Assembly: GCA_964016885.1 (NCBI GenBank)
Contig: OZ024753.1
Coordinates: forward strand, 13,144,001-13,208,000
From: Eledone cirrhosa
Lineage: Eukaryota
Reading direction: 5' to 3'
DNA length: 64,000 nucleotides
Shown here in pieces: positions 11,040-24,878 of the stretch (positions are counted from its first letter, which is position 1; every line of letters starts with the position of its first letter). Both the position numbers and the translations under genes were made by a program. A model generated the notes under the pieces. It was given only the letters and a program-made list of their open reading frames with translations. It made no database searches and was not told where the DNA came from.

Positions 11040-12310
11040 CATCTATAATTCTTTCCTACAATCAGACCTAGACACAATGCTGCAGTGGATCACAGACAGG
11101 CAACTGAAGCTGGCTGTGGACAGGTTTACCACCATGCATTTGGGGAGGAAAAATCCAGCCTCCACATACTCCCTCCACAACACTGATATCAAGAAGTCCT
11201 CTTGTGAACGTGACCTAACCATTACTGTCAGCAGCGATTTGTGTTGGACAATGCACATCTCTAAAATTGTCAAGAAGGCCGAGGGTGTCTTAGCATCACT
11301 CAGCAAGACCTTTGTTAGCCGCTCTCCAGCCATCTATTTAAAGCTGTATACAGCTTTGGTACGGCCACACTTGAAATTCGCATCATCAGTCTGGAACACC
11401 TATCTTGCTCAGAACATTGACCTCCTGGAAACTGTTCAGAGACGTGCAACCAAGCGCATACCCTCCATCAGACACCTACCATACTCTGAACGCTTTGCTT
11501 CCCTGGGCATTGATTCATTCAAGCTCCAACGTCTGGCAATGGACTTGGTAAACACCAACAAAGTTATTAACCATCTCGCCAACAACAACCCTGAGAACCC
11601 TTTTAATCTCCATGTGTCTAACATACGTGGACATGCCTACAAGGTCAGAAAACAGCATAGCTCCCATGAATTTTCGGAAACATATGTTCACGCTTAGAGT
11701 TGCTGAAGCATGGAACAAACTGCCTGCGTCAGTTGTTAGCTGCCGAGACGCGGCATCCTTTAAAACCTCCATGGAACAAACTGCCTGCGTCAGTTGTTAG
11801 CTGTCGAGACACTGCATCCTTTAAAACCTCCATGGAACAAACTGCCTGCGTCAGTTGTTAGCTGTCGAGACACTGCATCCTTTAAAACCTCCATGGAACA
11901 AACTGCCTGCGTCAGTTGTTAGCTGCCGAGACACGGCATCCTTTAAAACCTCCATGGAACAAACTGCCTGCGTCAGTTGTTAGTGTCGAGATACTGCATC
12001 CTTTAACACCTCCACGGAACAAACTGCCTGCGTCAGTTGTTAGCTGCCGAGACACTGCATCCTTTAAAACCTCCATGGAACAAACTGCCTGCGTTAGTTG
12101 TTAGCTGCCGAGACACTGCATCCTTTAAAACCCTCATGCTTCCCGAAATTTGCCAAAACTACACCTGATGTCCTCCTTCCATACACATGCACACGTGTAT
12201 ATCATGACTCATGCACTGTTCATTTTCCTGACCTTTGTACATTACGCTATTTACTATACATACACTTTTGATGAGTTGTAGTGCACCTGAGCACTGTACA
12301 CAACTTGTTC
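11040..12310 (+). mobile_element. CR1-like LINE 3' fragment (second family) with a 60/61-bp minisatellite (~7 units); paralogues 22335-23775 (~15, with internal deletion), 48210-49530 (~8)
   Basis: LQSDLD..W..ERDL..LYTALVRPHLKFASSVW..LETVQRRATK..RVAEAWNKLP, followed by a 3' UTR. Repeat unit CATGGAACAAACTGCCTGCGTCAGTTGTTAGCTGCCGAGACACTGCATCCTTTAAAACCTC. Confidence 0.9.
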
Positions 12311-12554
12311 ATTATTATTATTATTTGAAATCCCGCCGAGGTTAACTTTGCCTTTTATCCTTACGGGGTCGATAAAGTAAAGTACCAGTAATGAACTGGG
12401 TAATTTGCTGGCCTTGTGCCAAAAGTAGAAACAATTATTATTTGAAAACAGCAAAAATCCAAAAAGTCACAACAGCAACAAAAACAACGTAATATATGAG
12501 TTTATCTTGTTTCTCGAGTAATCAAACTAGAATGGCTCTTCCAGCGCATCTCCC

Positions 12555-12990
12555 TTGCCATCCTCCGGGGAAAACGCCTTCTCCATTCTGTCCTCCGGCG
12601 CTGTGGGGCGGCCAGAACGTGGGACCCCATTTGCTCATTATACAGAGAGATTGGGAGGGCGAGAGAGATGGGAGCGATTACGGTGGGAGTTCGGCTCTTC
12701 CGTGTTCCGACACATTGGGGCGAGACAGATGGGGGCGATTACGGTGGGAGTTCGGCTCTTCCGTGTTCCGACACATTGGGGCGATTACGGTGGGAGTTCA
12801 GCTCTTCCATGTACCGACACATTGCACCTATCAAGGGTGTATTTTCATACTTGTAACGAACATTGTGAATTCCTATTTATAGTTTGACTATACCAAACAA
12901 CTTGTTCACTGTTATTCCTTCTCCAATAATAGCTACTAACAGACCTATTAATAAAGGCGGATCAGAACCTTCTTCTGCTGCTCCTGTAAG
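12555..12990 (+). mobile_element. Probable solo-LTR-like element with internal ~50-60-bp repeats; paralogues ~23775-24040, ~49530-49970
   Basis: GC-rich, repeated GCGATTACGGTGGGAGTTCGGCTCTTCCGTGTTCCGACACATTG, AATAAA near the 3' end. Confidence 0.4.
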
Positions 12991-13508
12991 GATAATAATA
13001 ATTATTTCTACATTTGACACAAGGACAGCAATTATCCCAGTGAATTGCTGGTACTTTATTTTATCGACTTCGTTAGGATGAAATGAAAGGCAATGTTAAC
13101 CTCGGCGAGATTTCAACTCAGTCTGTAACGGACCGTAACTCTATGCTGAAAAGCATGGCGTCCGACCCTCTACCGATACTGTTCGAACGCAACACAGGGT
13201 TTTCAAAAGAACTTGACGATATGTGACAAAATAGATAAGTTCCAGAGCTCTATAGCCGTAAAACTTGTGTCAAATATAAAAAAAAGCAAAGAGAGAGAGT
13301 GTCCCCGCTCGTGGGCAAGACAATGATCTATACGTTTGTGTCCTTTAAATAATAATAATAAAAACTAGCAGAATGGCCTGGCGTTGCTCGGGATTTGCTC
13401 TAGGGTTCTTATATATTTAATATATATTTTTCCTTATCGAGCTTCGTGAAATAAATACTTTTGTTTATATTTTGTTATTGTGTATGCAAAAATATCTGTA
13501 CACGAATA

Positions 13509-13581
<73 letters not shown>

Positions 13582-16500
13582 CAGGTTAAAGTTTAAGCAA
13601 AGAATCTTCTGAAAGTGAAAAAAATCAATCTGTGACCGCAGAAGTAAATATTTCGAAAAACGTTACACACTATATATAAATACATACACACTATATATAT
13701 ATACATATATACTCACACACACACACACAGCTACGTCATAATGTCGTAATGCAGACAGCCAGGCATACAGACAGATATTATAAGGGCGCAACGTTATATC
13801 TATGTATCTATCTAAAAAGAAAGACTAAGAGAGAGAGAGATCGCTAAATCGCCTAATGCGGTCCCTGGGGCATTGAACATTGCAAATTTTTTTTTTCTCA
13901 AAACACTCACAGGACCATAAGTATTACATGTGTAAAGTTTGAAAACAATCGGTTGGGTGGTTCTCGAGTTTTAGGGAGTTTGACAGACAGACAGACAGAC
14001 AGACAGACATTTTCTGTTTTCGATATATAGATAATGATGACGATGATGATGGTGGTGGTTGTCGTCGTCGTCTTCTTCTTCTTCTTCTGTTATTAGTGAC
14101 TGGTTGTGGTTTCCAAGGCACTAATGGGACATAGCGTCATACGTGGCACGTTGGCAGTGGCCAGTAAATAGGGATAGGAGAGCTTGTGTCCCATGTTATT
14201 AGTGGCTTATTTTGGTTTCCAAAGAATTAATGGGGACACAGCCTCATAGGTGGCACGATGGCAGTGGCCAGTAAATAGGGATAGGAGAGCTTGTGCCCCA
14301 TGTTATTAGTGGCTTATTTTGGTTTCCAAAGAATTAATGGGGACACAGCCTCATAGGTGGCACGATGGCAGTGGCCAGTAAATAAGGATAGGAGAGCTTG
14401 AGCCCCATGTTATTAGTGGCTTATTTTGGTTTCCAAAGAATTAATGGGGACACAGCCTCATAGGTGGCACGATGGCAGTGGCCAGTAAATAAGGATAGGA
14501 GAGCTTGTGCCCCATGTTATTAGTGGCTTATTTTGGTTTCCAAAGAATTAAAGGGGACATAGCCTCAGACGTGGAGCGATGGCAGTGGCCAGTAAATAGG
14601 GATAGGAGAGCTTGTGCCCCATGTTATTAGTGGCTTATTTTGGTTTCAATGGGGACATTAATGGGGACACCGCCTCAGACCTGGCGCGATGGCAGTGGCC
14701 AGCAAATCTTACTCTCCTTTTACGTACAACGACAGACATGCGTGGGAGGCCGGCATATATCTCTCTCAAAGTCAGATGTCGCCAGCTTATGTTCTGCATG
14801 TGTTGAAGCAGGAGACTGTAAGTGCCATCAAGGTGCTTTTGTTGTTTGAATGAAAGCGTCCATGTTTCATTTCCATATAGCAAGATTGGAAGAGCCTGAT
14901 TTTGGTGTGGTTGGAAAGATTTGATAAAGAGGAATAGGGCAAGCGAGTCACACTGGAGCACACCTGCTGAGATGTCAAAGAACTCTGTTGTTCCATCAGG
15001 GGTGATGATAGTGGCACTTGTGTTGAGATACAGAGCCGTAATTGCTACCACAAGTCTTGCTGGTATGCCATACAAGCGTAGAGTTTCAAAGCAGACTCTC
15101 TCTGGGAATAAGATAAATAAGGGTCCCGGTGAAGAAAACAAACAAACATAGACCTATGGTGTTTAATGTCTTTCACAAAATATTTTGGTAATTTGTGCTC
15201 ACCTGAAACACCCAAAATCGTTGCCCTACCCCTGAGAGGCTTAGCTGAATGACCCAAAATTGTTGTTGCCCTACCCTTGAGATGGAATTCCGAAAATGTT
15301 GCCCTACCCCAGAGATGGAATTCACAGGAACAACATTTTTGTTACCAAAGCAAGGCACCTCTTCGCTACGAACATAAACTAAGGGCCAGTGGATATTGTG
15401 TGTGTGTGTGGGCGCACATGCGTGTGCATGTGCGTAGGTGTGTGCGTTTCAGTTCTTGGGTGTGGGTGTGAGCGTGCGTTTATGTGTGATTGTGACAAGG
15501 TAACGGGAAGGTGTGGTTATATTTCTTATTAATTAATTACCTATTTTGTCATTGAACTCTATCAAATAATGCGTTATATGATGTCTTAATTGTTTGTCAC
15601 AAAACGTTTCAAACAAGATCTCTGAAGAAATCAATACGTATGATCTATACATGAAATAAATCGATAAAGTGCTTTCTGATAGCTCTTCCAATTAATCTCA
15701 TTAATCTTGAAGTATATTGAGAAGTAAATATATATGTATATTGTCGAGTATATATAAATGTATATTGTCGAGTATATATAATTGTATATTGTAAAATGTG
15801 TATAATTGTATGTGTACATATCAACATGCAAGACAGAATATTGTGTAAATTATCTGATATCAGGACATGAAAATAATAACTCTTTAACTGTGTATATTTA
15901 CACAAATGAAAGCTTTTCAAAGTAGATTTTATCACCTCTCTACCTTAGCTTTTAGTTAATGGACTAATTATGTGGAATATCTAGATTTCTGTATATTACA
16001 CACGCACGGATATACACACACATACACAGACAGTATACATAAATATACATATGCATATATATACAGACAAATATATATAGATACACATATATATACATAC
16101 ACACATATACGTATATACACACACACACACATATATATATACATACATATATATATATATACACACATATACGTATATACACACACATATACGTATATAC
16201 ACACACATATACGTATATACACACACACACGCATATATATATATATATACACATATATGTATACAGACATATATATACACATATATATATACAAACACAC
16301 ATATATACACATACACACACACACATATATATACACATATATATATACACACACACACATATATATACATATATAGACACACATATATATACACATATAT
16401 ATACATATATACACACACATATATATACATATACACACACACACATATATATATATATATACATATATACACACACATTTATATACATATATACACACAT

Positions 16501-17036
16501 ATATAAACATATATATAAACACACACATATATATATACATATATACACACACATATATATATAAACACACACACATATATATATACACACATATATATAT
16601 ATACACACATAAATGTGTATATATATATATGTATATATATATAAATGGGAGGAGGTTATAGTTCACTTGAAGCATTGTGTAATGAGGTGTAAATGTTTGT
16701 ATATGTATAATAAAGCCAAAACAATGCAGGTATGGACATAGAATAAAGAATGCAAATGCAAAAGATATTGTTGACAATTAGTCTTTTACCTTAGATTTAT
16801 TTAAATGTCCTTAATTTTCGAGATAATATCCCTTCTTCGGAGGGAAGTAAAGCGGTTAAACCAATGTTCTAAATACCGCTTTAATTCCTACCGAAGAAGA
16901 GATATTATCTCGAAAATTAAGGACATTTAAATAAATCTAAGGTAAAAGACTAATTGTCAACAATATCTTTTGCATTTGCAATCTTTATTCTATGTCGATA
17001 CCTGCATTGTTTTGGCTTTATTATACATATACAAAC

Positions 17037-17097
<61 letters not shown>

Positions 17098-17101
<4 letters not shown>

Positions 17102-17411
17102 AAATATAAAACAATCACACTTTAGTTTAATACATTTAATTGCTGACAATTGTTTCTTCAAGACAAATGTCTGGTATCATCGGAGCATACACAATGTTTA
17201 AACAAGTAATTATAATTCTGCTTTTCAATATGATGTCACTGACACTGTTAATAGTAATGTATCTTTATGAATGTTCTGAGGATTAGGATTATAATTATTT
17301 GTTTAAACATTGTGTATGCTCCGAGAATCCCAGACATTTGCCTGGAAGAAACAATTGTCAGCAATTAAATTAAATGTATTAAACTCAAATTTGATTGTTT
17401 TATATTTTGTA
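17098..17411. mobile_element. MITE-like element with ~120-bp terminal inverted repeats; paralogue 28041-28353
   Basis: CAAAATATAAAACAATCA... / ...TGATTGTTTTATATTTTG, with arms complementary through TTTAAACAAGTAATTATAAT. Confidence 0.7.
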
Positions 17412-17505
17412 TCTCGGCTCTGTAATACATTTGATCATTTACATTCAGCCTTTTCTCTTACTGGTAATTGGTTAGTGCTAAGTACTACCGTTTCATATTT
17501 ATATG

Positions 17506-17553
<48 letters not shown>

Positions 17554-17583
17554 CATATATATTTATATAAGTATGTATATAAG

Positions 17584-17638
<55 letters not shown>

Positions 17639-17819
17639 GCAAATACATATATATATGCATATGCATGTATATACTGTGTGTATCATCTGAATGAATATTA
17701 TCTGATTACCTAGCATCGATTACACAACTTATCAGGACTTGATCTAGCTTGTCAGCTTTAGCTTCTCGAACGACTAGCAAACTCTTAAAGAAATACAGCT
17801 CGTCTCTCTGATTTTCGAA

Positions 17820-18809
17820 ATGCATCAGATTACAAGTATTGAAGAAGGCCAACACAGTGAAAGCTTGAAAATAAAAGACACGATATTTTTCAGGTTCCTG
17901 AAATATTTTTTAGAACATAATTATATGAGATTAACTGAAATGATATCTTTACTGAAATCACACACGTTCAAAGCATTGTGTTTGCTAGCTATTTATATTG
18001 TGGTCTTTATATATTTGATTCTAAACCCTTTTTGCTTCATTGTTAATTTAACAACCTTAAAAGGTATACCTGCTGCCAACATGTTTATGTATGTCTACAT
18101 TACATCTTGCTATTGTATAATGTCTGTCCTATGTTTAATGAAATATTGCAAAGAAGCTCATTTCAAGGACATAATTGAAATATTCTCCAAAATTGAAATT
18201 GAAGAGAAAGATGGAAAACTGTACAGTTTCATATATTCATATAAGTCACTTTGTATATTTGTAGCTGCGTATACTATTTCTATCATAATTATGGAACTCA
18301 TAATACCTATTTTTAGTAAAGGCAGTGATCTGTTGGATTTTCAAGTATTTCAAATGACGATGGATTATAAGTACCTCATGGTAATTTTAAAATTTACACT
18401 ACAAATACTTTCCACTGTACCGCTGATGATTGATCTGTATATAAGCATTATACTTCAGCTTAATCTTACTCATGAGTTTAACAAACTGGCCAAGGAGGCT
18501 GAAGAGTACGTAAAGGTAATGCAATCCCCCAATTCGGATGCTATCAAGAAACATGAAGAGATTAAAGAAATATGTAACAGACATGACAAACTGAGTTCAT
18601 CACTGAGATTATTAAATGATTCTTTGCAGTATATTGTAGGATATCTCGTATTTGGTAGTATTCTTAGTTGTTGTATTACAACTTACGGAATAATAAATAA
18701 CTTATTTCAAAATAATACGGATTCATACATTTATGTATCATTTATGGCGTTCGGCTTCCTGTCTTTCTGGATTATACTAGTTTTGTTGGGTCTCCGTTTA
18801 CATATATCG
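17820..18809 (+). CDS. GRL/7TMIC exon, copy 2
   Basis: Intact 330-codon frame, about 88% aa identity to copy 1 by manual count, same TCG|GTAAGT donor. Confidence 0.75.
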
Positions 18810-19193
18810 GTAAGTCTATATATAAATGTGTATGTCACCCATATATTTATGTTTCTGCTGTGCTTGGCACCAGCCTGGCCTTTCTTAATATAATCTTTTC
18901 TTGTGCACTCCGGTTAAACAGATCGGTAAGTTACATCTTCGTTTTCCTTTTCTTTACATTTTTAGTATTATGGATTGGCAGTGTCGGTAGAGCGTCAGAC
19001 ACCATGCTTTGTAGCATAGTGTTATGGCCCTTTACGTTCTGAGTTGAAATCCCGCCGAGATTCACTTTGCTTTTCATCTTTACGGGGTCGATAAATAATG
19101 TATCTGTAATGCATTGTGGTTGATTTAATCGACTTTCCCCTTCCCACAAAATTGTCGGCCTCGTGCCTAAATCAGAGATTATTATTTCCATAT

Positions 19194-19423
19194 AATGGAA
19201 ATAATAGTTTCTACTTTAGGCACAAGGCCAGCAATTACCCAGTGCATTACTGGTACTTTATTTTATCGATCCCGCAAGGATGAAAGGCAAAGTCAACCTC
19301 GGAGTTCAAATCCCGCCGACGTTGACTTTGCTTTTCATCCATTAGTGGTCGATAAAATAAAGTACCAGTAATGCACTGGGTTATTGTTGGCCTTGTGCCT
19401 AAAGTAGAAACTATTATTTCCAT
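19194..19423. repeat. Palindrome made of two inverted SINE 3' halves; paralogue 46424-46653
   Basis: ATGGAAATAATAGTTTCTACTTTAGGCACAAGGCC.../...GGCCTTGTGCCTAAAGTAGAAACTATTATTTCCAT. Confidence 0.85.
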
Positions 19424-22400
19424 TATTATTCTTATGGCGCATCATTACTGCTTCACTGAGCACAGCTCTGTGGGCCTTGGGTATGTGCAGTGTAGTTTTT
19501 GCTGGTGTTGTTTCTATTGTATTGATAGGACTTTTAGTAATATGTGTGCAGTGCCTAGTAGTGCTATCTTTTGAATGCTGTATATATTTGTAAGTTGTGG
19601 GGTACTCTATATAATATATATACAGTACCTAGTAGTGCTATCTACTGTATGCTGTATATATTTGTAAGTCCTGTGTTCCTCTATATAATATATATACAGT
19701 ACCTAGTAGTGCTATCTACTGTATGCTGTATATATTTGTAAGTCCTGTGGTACTCTATATAATATATATACAGTACCTAGTAGTGCTATCTACTGTATAT
19801 ATTTGTAAGTCCTGTGGTACTCTATATAATATATATACAGTACCTAGTAGTGCTATCTACTGTATGCTGTATATATTTGTAAGTCCTGTGGTACTCTATA
19901 TAATATATATACACTACCTAGTAGTGCTATCTACTGTATACTGTATATATTTGTAAGTCCTGGGGTACTCTATATAATATATATACAGTACCTAGTAGTA
20001 CTATCTACTGTATGCTGTATATATTTGTAAGTCCTGGGGTACTCTATATAATATATATACAGTACCAAGTAGTGCTATCTTTTGTATGCTGTATATATTT
20101 GTAAGTCCTGTGGTACTCTATATAATATATATACAGTACCTAGTAGTGCTATCTACTGTATGCTGTATATATTTGTAAGTCCTGTGGTACTCTATATAAT
20201 ATATATACAGTACCTAGTAGTGCTATCTACTGTATGCTGTATATATTTGTAAGTCCTGTGGTACTCTATATAATATATATACAGTACCTAGTAGTGCTAT
20301 CTAATGTATGCTGTAGATATGTGTAAGTCCTGTGGTACTCTATATAATATATATACAGTACCTAGTAGTGCTATCTACTGTATGCTGTATATATTTGTAA
20401 GTCCTGGGGTACTCTATATAATATATATACAGTACCTAGTAGTGCTATCTACTGTATGCTGTATATATTTGTAAGTCCTGGGGTACTCTATATAATATAT
20501 ATACAGTACCTAGTAGTGCTATCTAATGTATGCTGTAGATATGTGTAAGTCCTGTGGTACTCTATATAATATATATACAGTACCTAGTAGTGCTATCTAC
20601 TGTATGCTGTATATATTTGTAAGTCCTGTGGTACTCTATATAATATATATACAGTACCTAGTAGTGCTATCTACTGTATGCTGTATATATTTGTAAGTCC
20701 TGTGGTACTCTATATAATATATATACAGTACCTAGTAGTGCTATCTACTGTATGCTGTATATATTTGTAAGTCCTGGGGTACTCTATATAATATATATAC
20801 AGTACCTAGTAGTGCTATCTAATGTATGCTGTATATATTTGTAAGTCCTGTGGTACTCTATATAATATATATACAGTACCTAGTAGTGCTATCTAATGTA
20901 TGCTGTATATATTTGTAAGTCCTGTGGTACTCTATATAATATATATACAGTACCTAGTAGTGCTATCTTTTGTATGCTGTATATATTTGTAAGTCCTGTG
21001 GTACTCTATATAATATATATACAGTACCTAGTAGTGCTATCTAATGTATGCTGTATATATTTTTAAGTCCTGTGGTACTCTATATAATATATATACAGTA
21101 CCTAGTAGTGCTATCTAATGTATGCTGTATATATTTGTAAGTCCTGTGGTACTCTATATAATATATATACAGTACCTAGTAGTGCTATCTAATGTATGCT
21201 GTATATATTTGTAAGTCCTGGGGTTTTGGCTATGTATTTGTCTGTGTGTTTTTATCATTCCTAGAACACCTATTATTATAGGTATTGTTTCTGGTTTTAT
21301 TTTTCACATTCAAGTTATTTCTATCTCTCGATCTTTATATTTGGAGAGTTTCTCCCTTTCCTTGGAAGATATATTGTCGTCTGTTGGGATTGACACATCT
21401 ACTAGAAGGCATTTCTTTTCTTTGTGGTCTTTGACCATAATATCTGGTCGGTTGGCTTTGATCTCTATGTCTGTATGTATTGGCATATCCCAGAGAATTG
21501 TTGCTTTGTCATTCTCTCACACTGGGGTAATTGCTGGCTTTATGCGAGGTTAACTTTGCCTCATATCCTTACGGGGTCGATAAAATAAAGTACCAGTAAT
21601 ACATTGTATTAATTGCTGGCCTTGTGCCAAAAGTAAAAATAATAATTATTATTATTATTACACATGTGGTAATTTACTGACGGGTGAGTCTTTATCCAAA
21701 TTTGTTTCCTTACACCAACAATGGTGGGCCGAAATTCTTATTCGTTTTAATAATTTCTAAAACAACGAAACGTGATATTGTGGTTCTGTTAATATTTTGA
21801 AAGATTCAAAATGACATGTTCAAATGTTGAAAAGAGAATGGCAGCCCCCCCCCTTCTATGTAAGGTAGTAGTAGAAACCCCCTCCTCCTATGTACAGTAG
21901 CAGTAGTAACTCCCCCTCCTATGTAAAGTAGCAATAGTAACCCCCCCCCCTCCTATGTACAGTAGTAGTAGTAACTCCCCCTCCTCCTATGTTAGGTAGC
22001 AGTAGTAATCCACCCCCTCCTATGTACAGTAGTAGTAATAACTCCTCCTCCTCCTATGTAAAGTAGCGGCCCCACGTTGTGGAGTGGCTGTTCTATTGCC
22101 GGACCCTCGCCTTCCTCCGGGTCCCAGAGATGGGGTGTAAGTTATTTGGAGGTGGAGGATACTCGTTGGGACGTCACATATATATATATATATACACACA
22201 TACACAAAATAAAGGAAAAATTTGTAGATAACAAAAAACATATAACAACAACTCCAAATATAACAACAATTGCAATAACAGTCACTAAAGCTACAGAAAG
22301 TAATTACAAGAACAATAACAACAATAACAATGAAAATCTATAACTCTTTCCTACAATCAGACCTAGACACAATGCAGCAATGGATCACAGACAGGCAACT

Positions 22401-24787
22401 GAAGCTGGCTGTGGACAAGTGTACCACCATGCATTTGTGGAGGAAAAATCCAGCCTCCACATAATCCCTCCACAACACTGATATCAAGAAGTCCTCTTGT
22501 GAACGTGACCTAGCCATTACTGTCAGCAGTGATTTGTGTTGGACAAAGCACATCTCTAAAATTGTCAAGAATGCCGAGGGTGTCTTAGCATCACTCAGCA
22601 AGACCTTTGTTAGCCGCTCTCCAGCCATCTATTTAAAGCTGTATACAGCTATGTTACGGCCACACTTGAAATTCGCATCATCAGTCTGGAACCCCTATCA
22701 TTAAAACCTCCATGGAACAAACTGCCTGCGTCAGTTGTTAGTGTCGAGAGACTGCATCCTTTAAAACCTCCATGAAACAAACTGCCTGCGTCAGTTGTTA
22801 GTGTCGAGACACTGCATCCTTTAAAACCTCCATGGAACAAACTGCCTGCGTCAGTTGTTAGCTGCCGTGACACTGCATCCTTTAAAACCTTCATGGAACA
22901 AACTGCCTGCGTCAGTTGTTAGTGTCGAGACACTGCATCCTTTAAAACCTCAATGGAACAAACTTCCTGCGTCAGTTGTTAGCTGCCGAGACACTGCATC
23001 CTTTAAAACCTCCATGGAACAAACTTCCTGCGTCAGTTGTTAGCTGCCGAGACACTGCATCCTTTAAAACCTCCATGGAACAAACTGCCTGTGTCAGTTG
23101 TTAGTGTCGAGAGACTGCATCCTTTAAAACCTCCATGGAACAAACTGCCTGCGTCAGTTGTTAGCTGCCGAGACACTGCATCCTTTAAAACCTCCATGGA
23201 ACAAACTGCCTGCGTCAGTTGTTAGTGTCGAGACACTGCATCCTTTAAAACCTCCATGGAACAAAGATCCTGCGTCAGTTCTTAGCTGCCGAGACACTGC
23301 ATCCTTTAAAACCTTCATGGAACAAACTTCCTGCGTCAGTTGTTAGTGTCGAGACACTGCATCCTTTAAAACCTCCATGGAACAAACTTCCTGCGTCAGT
23401 TGTTAGCTGCCGAGACACTGCATCCTTTAAAACCTCCATGGAACAAACTGCCTGCGTCAGTTGTTAGCTGCCGAGACACTGCATCCTTTAAAACCTCCAT
23501 GGAACAAACTGCCTGCGTCAGTTGTTAGTGTCGAGACACTGCATCCTTTAACACCTCCATGGAACAAACTGCCTGCGTCAGTTGTTAGCTGCCGAGACAC
23601 TGCATCCTTTAAAACCCTCATGCTTCCCAAAAATCGCCAAAACTACACCTCCTTCCATACACATGCACACGTGTATATCATGACTCATTCACTGTTTATT
23701 TTCCTGACGTTTGTATATTACCCTATGTACTATACATACACTTTTGATGAGTTGTAGTGCACCTGAGCACTGTACATCCTCCGGCGCTGTGGGGCGGCCA
23801 GCACGTGCGACCCCATTTGCTCATTATACAGAGAGATTGGGAGGGCGGGAGAGATCGGAGCGATTACGGTGGGAGTTCGGCTCTCCCGTGTTCCGACATT
23901 GTAACGAACATTGTGAATTCCTATTTATAATTTGAATATAGCAAACAACTTGTTCACTGTTATTCCTTCTCCAATAATAGCTACTAACAGACCTATTAAT
24001 AAAGGCGGATCAGAACCTTCTTCTGCTTGTCCTGTAAGGATAATAATAATTGTTTCTACATTTGGCACAAAGACAGCAATTACACCAGTACATTACTAGT
24101 ACTTTATTTTATCGACTCCGTAAGGATGAAATGAAAGGCAAAGTTAACCTCGACGAGATTTCAACTCAGTCTGTAAAGGACCGTAACTCTATGCTGAAAA
24201 GCATGGCGTCCGACCCTCTACCGATACTGTTCGAACGCAACACAGGGTTTTCAAAAAAAATTGACGATATGTGACAAAATAGATAAGTTCCAGAGCTCTA
24301 TAGCCGTAAACCTTGTGTCAAATATAAAAAAAGCAAAGAGACAGAGTGTCCCCGCTCGTGGGCAACACAATGATCTATACGTTTGTATCCCTTAAATAAT
24401 AATAATAATAATAATAATAGTAATAATAATAATAATAATAATAATTGTTTCTACTTTAGGCACAAGGCCAGCAAATAACCAGTGCATTACTGGTACTTTA
24501 TTTTATCGACACCGTAAGGATGAAAGGCAAAGTCAACCTCGGCGGGATTTAAACTCATATTGTAAAGGGACGTAACTATGTTGGAAAGCATGGCGTCCGA
24601 CCCTCTACCGATACTGCCAATCCACCACCGTTTAATAATAATAATAATAATAATAACTAGCAGAATGGCCCGGCGTTGTTCTTATATATTTAATATATAT
24701 TTATCCTTATCGAGCTTCGGGAAATAAATACTTTTGTTTATATTTTGTTATTGTGTATGCAAAAATATCCTTACACGAATATTTAAT

Positions 24788-24820
<33 letters not shown>

Positions 24821-24821
24821 T

Positions 24822-24878
<57 letters not shown>

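Noticed and set aside
19570-23620. Regular 74-bp and 61-bp arrays resembling CRISPR
   Set aside because: No unique spacers, no cas genes, eukaryotic context; the units are LINE-derived.
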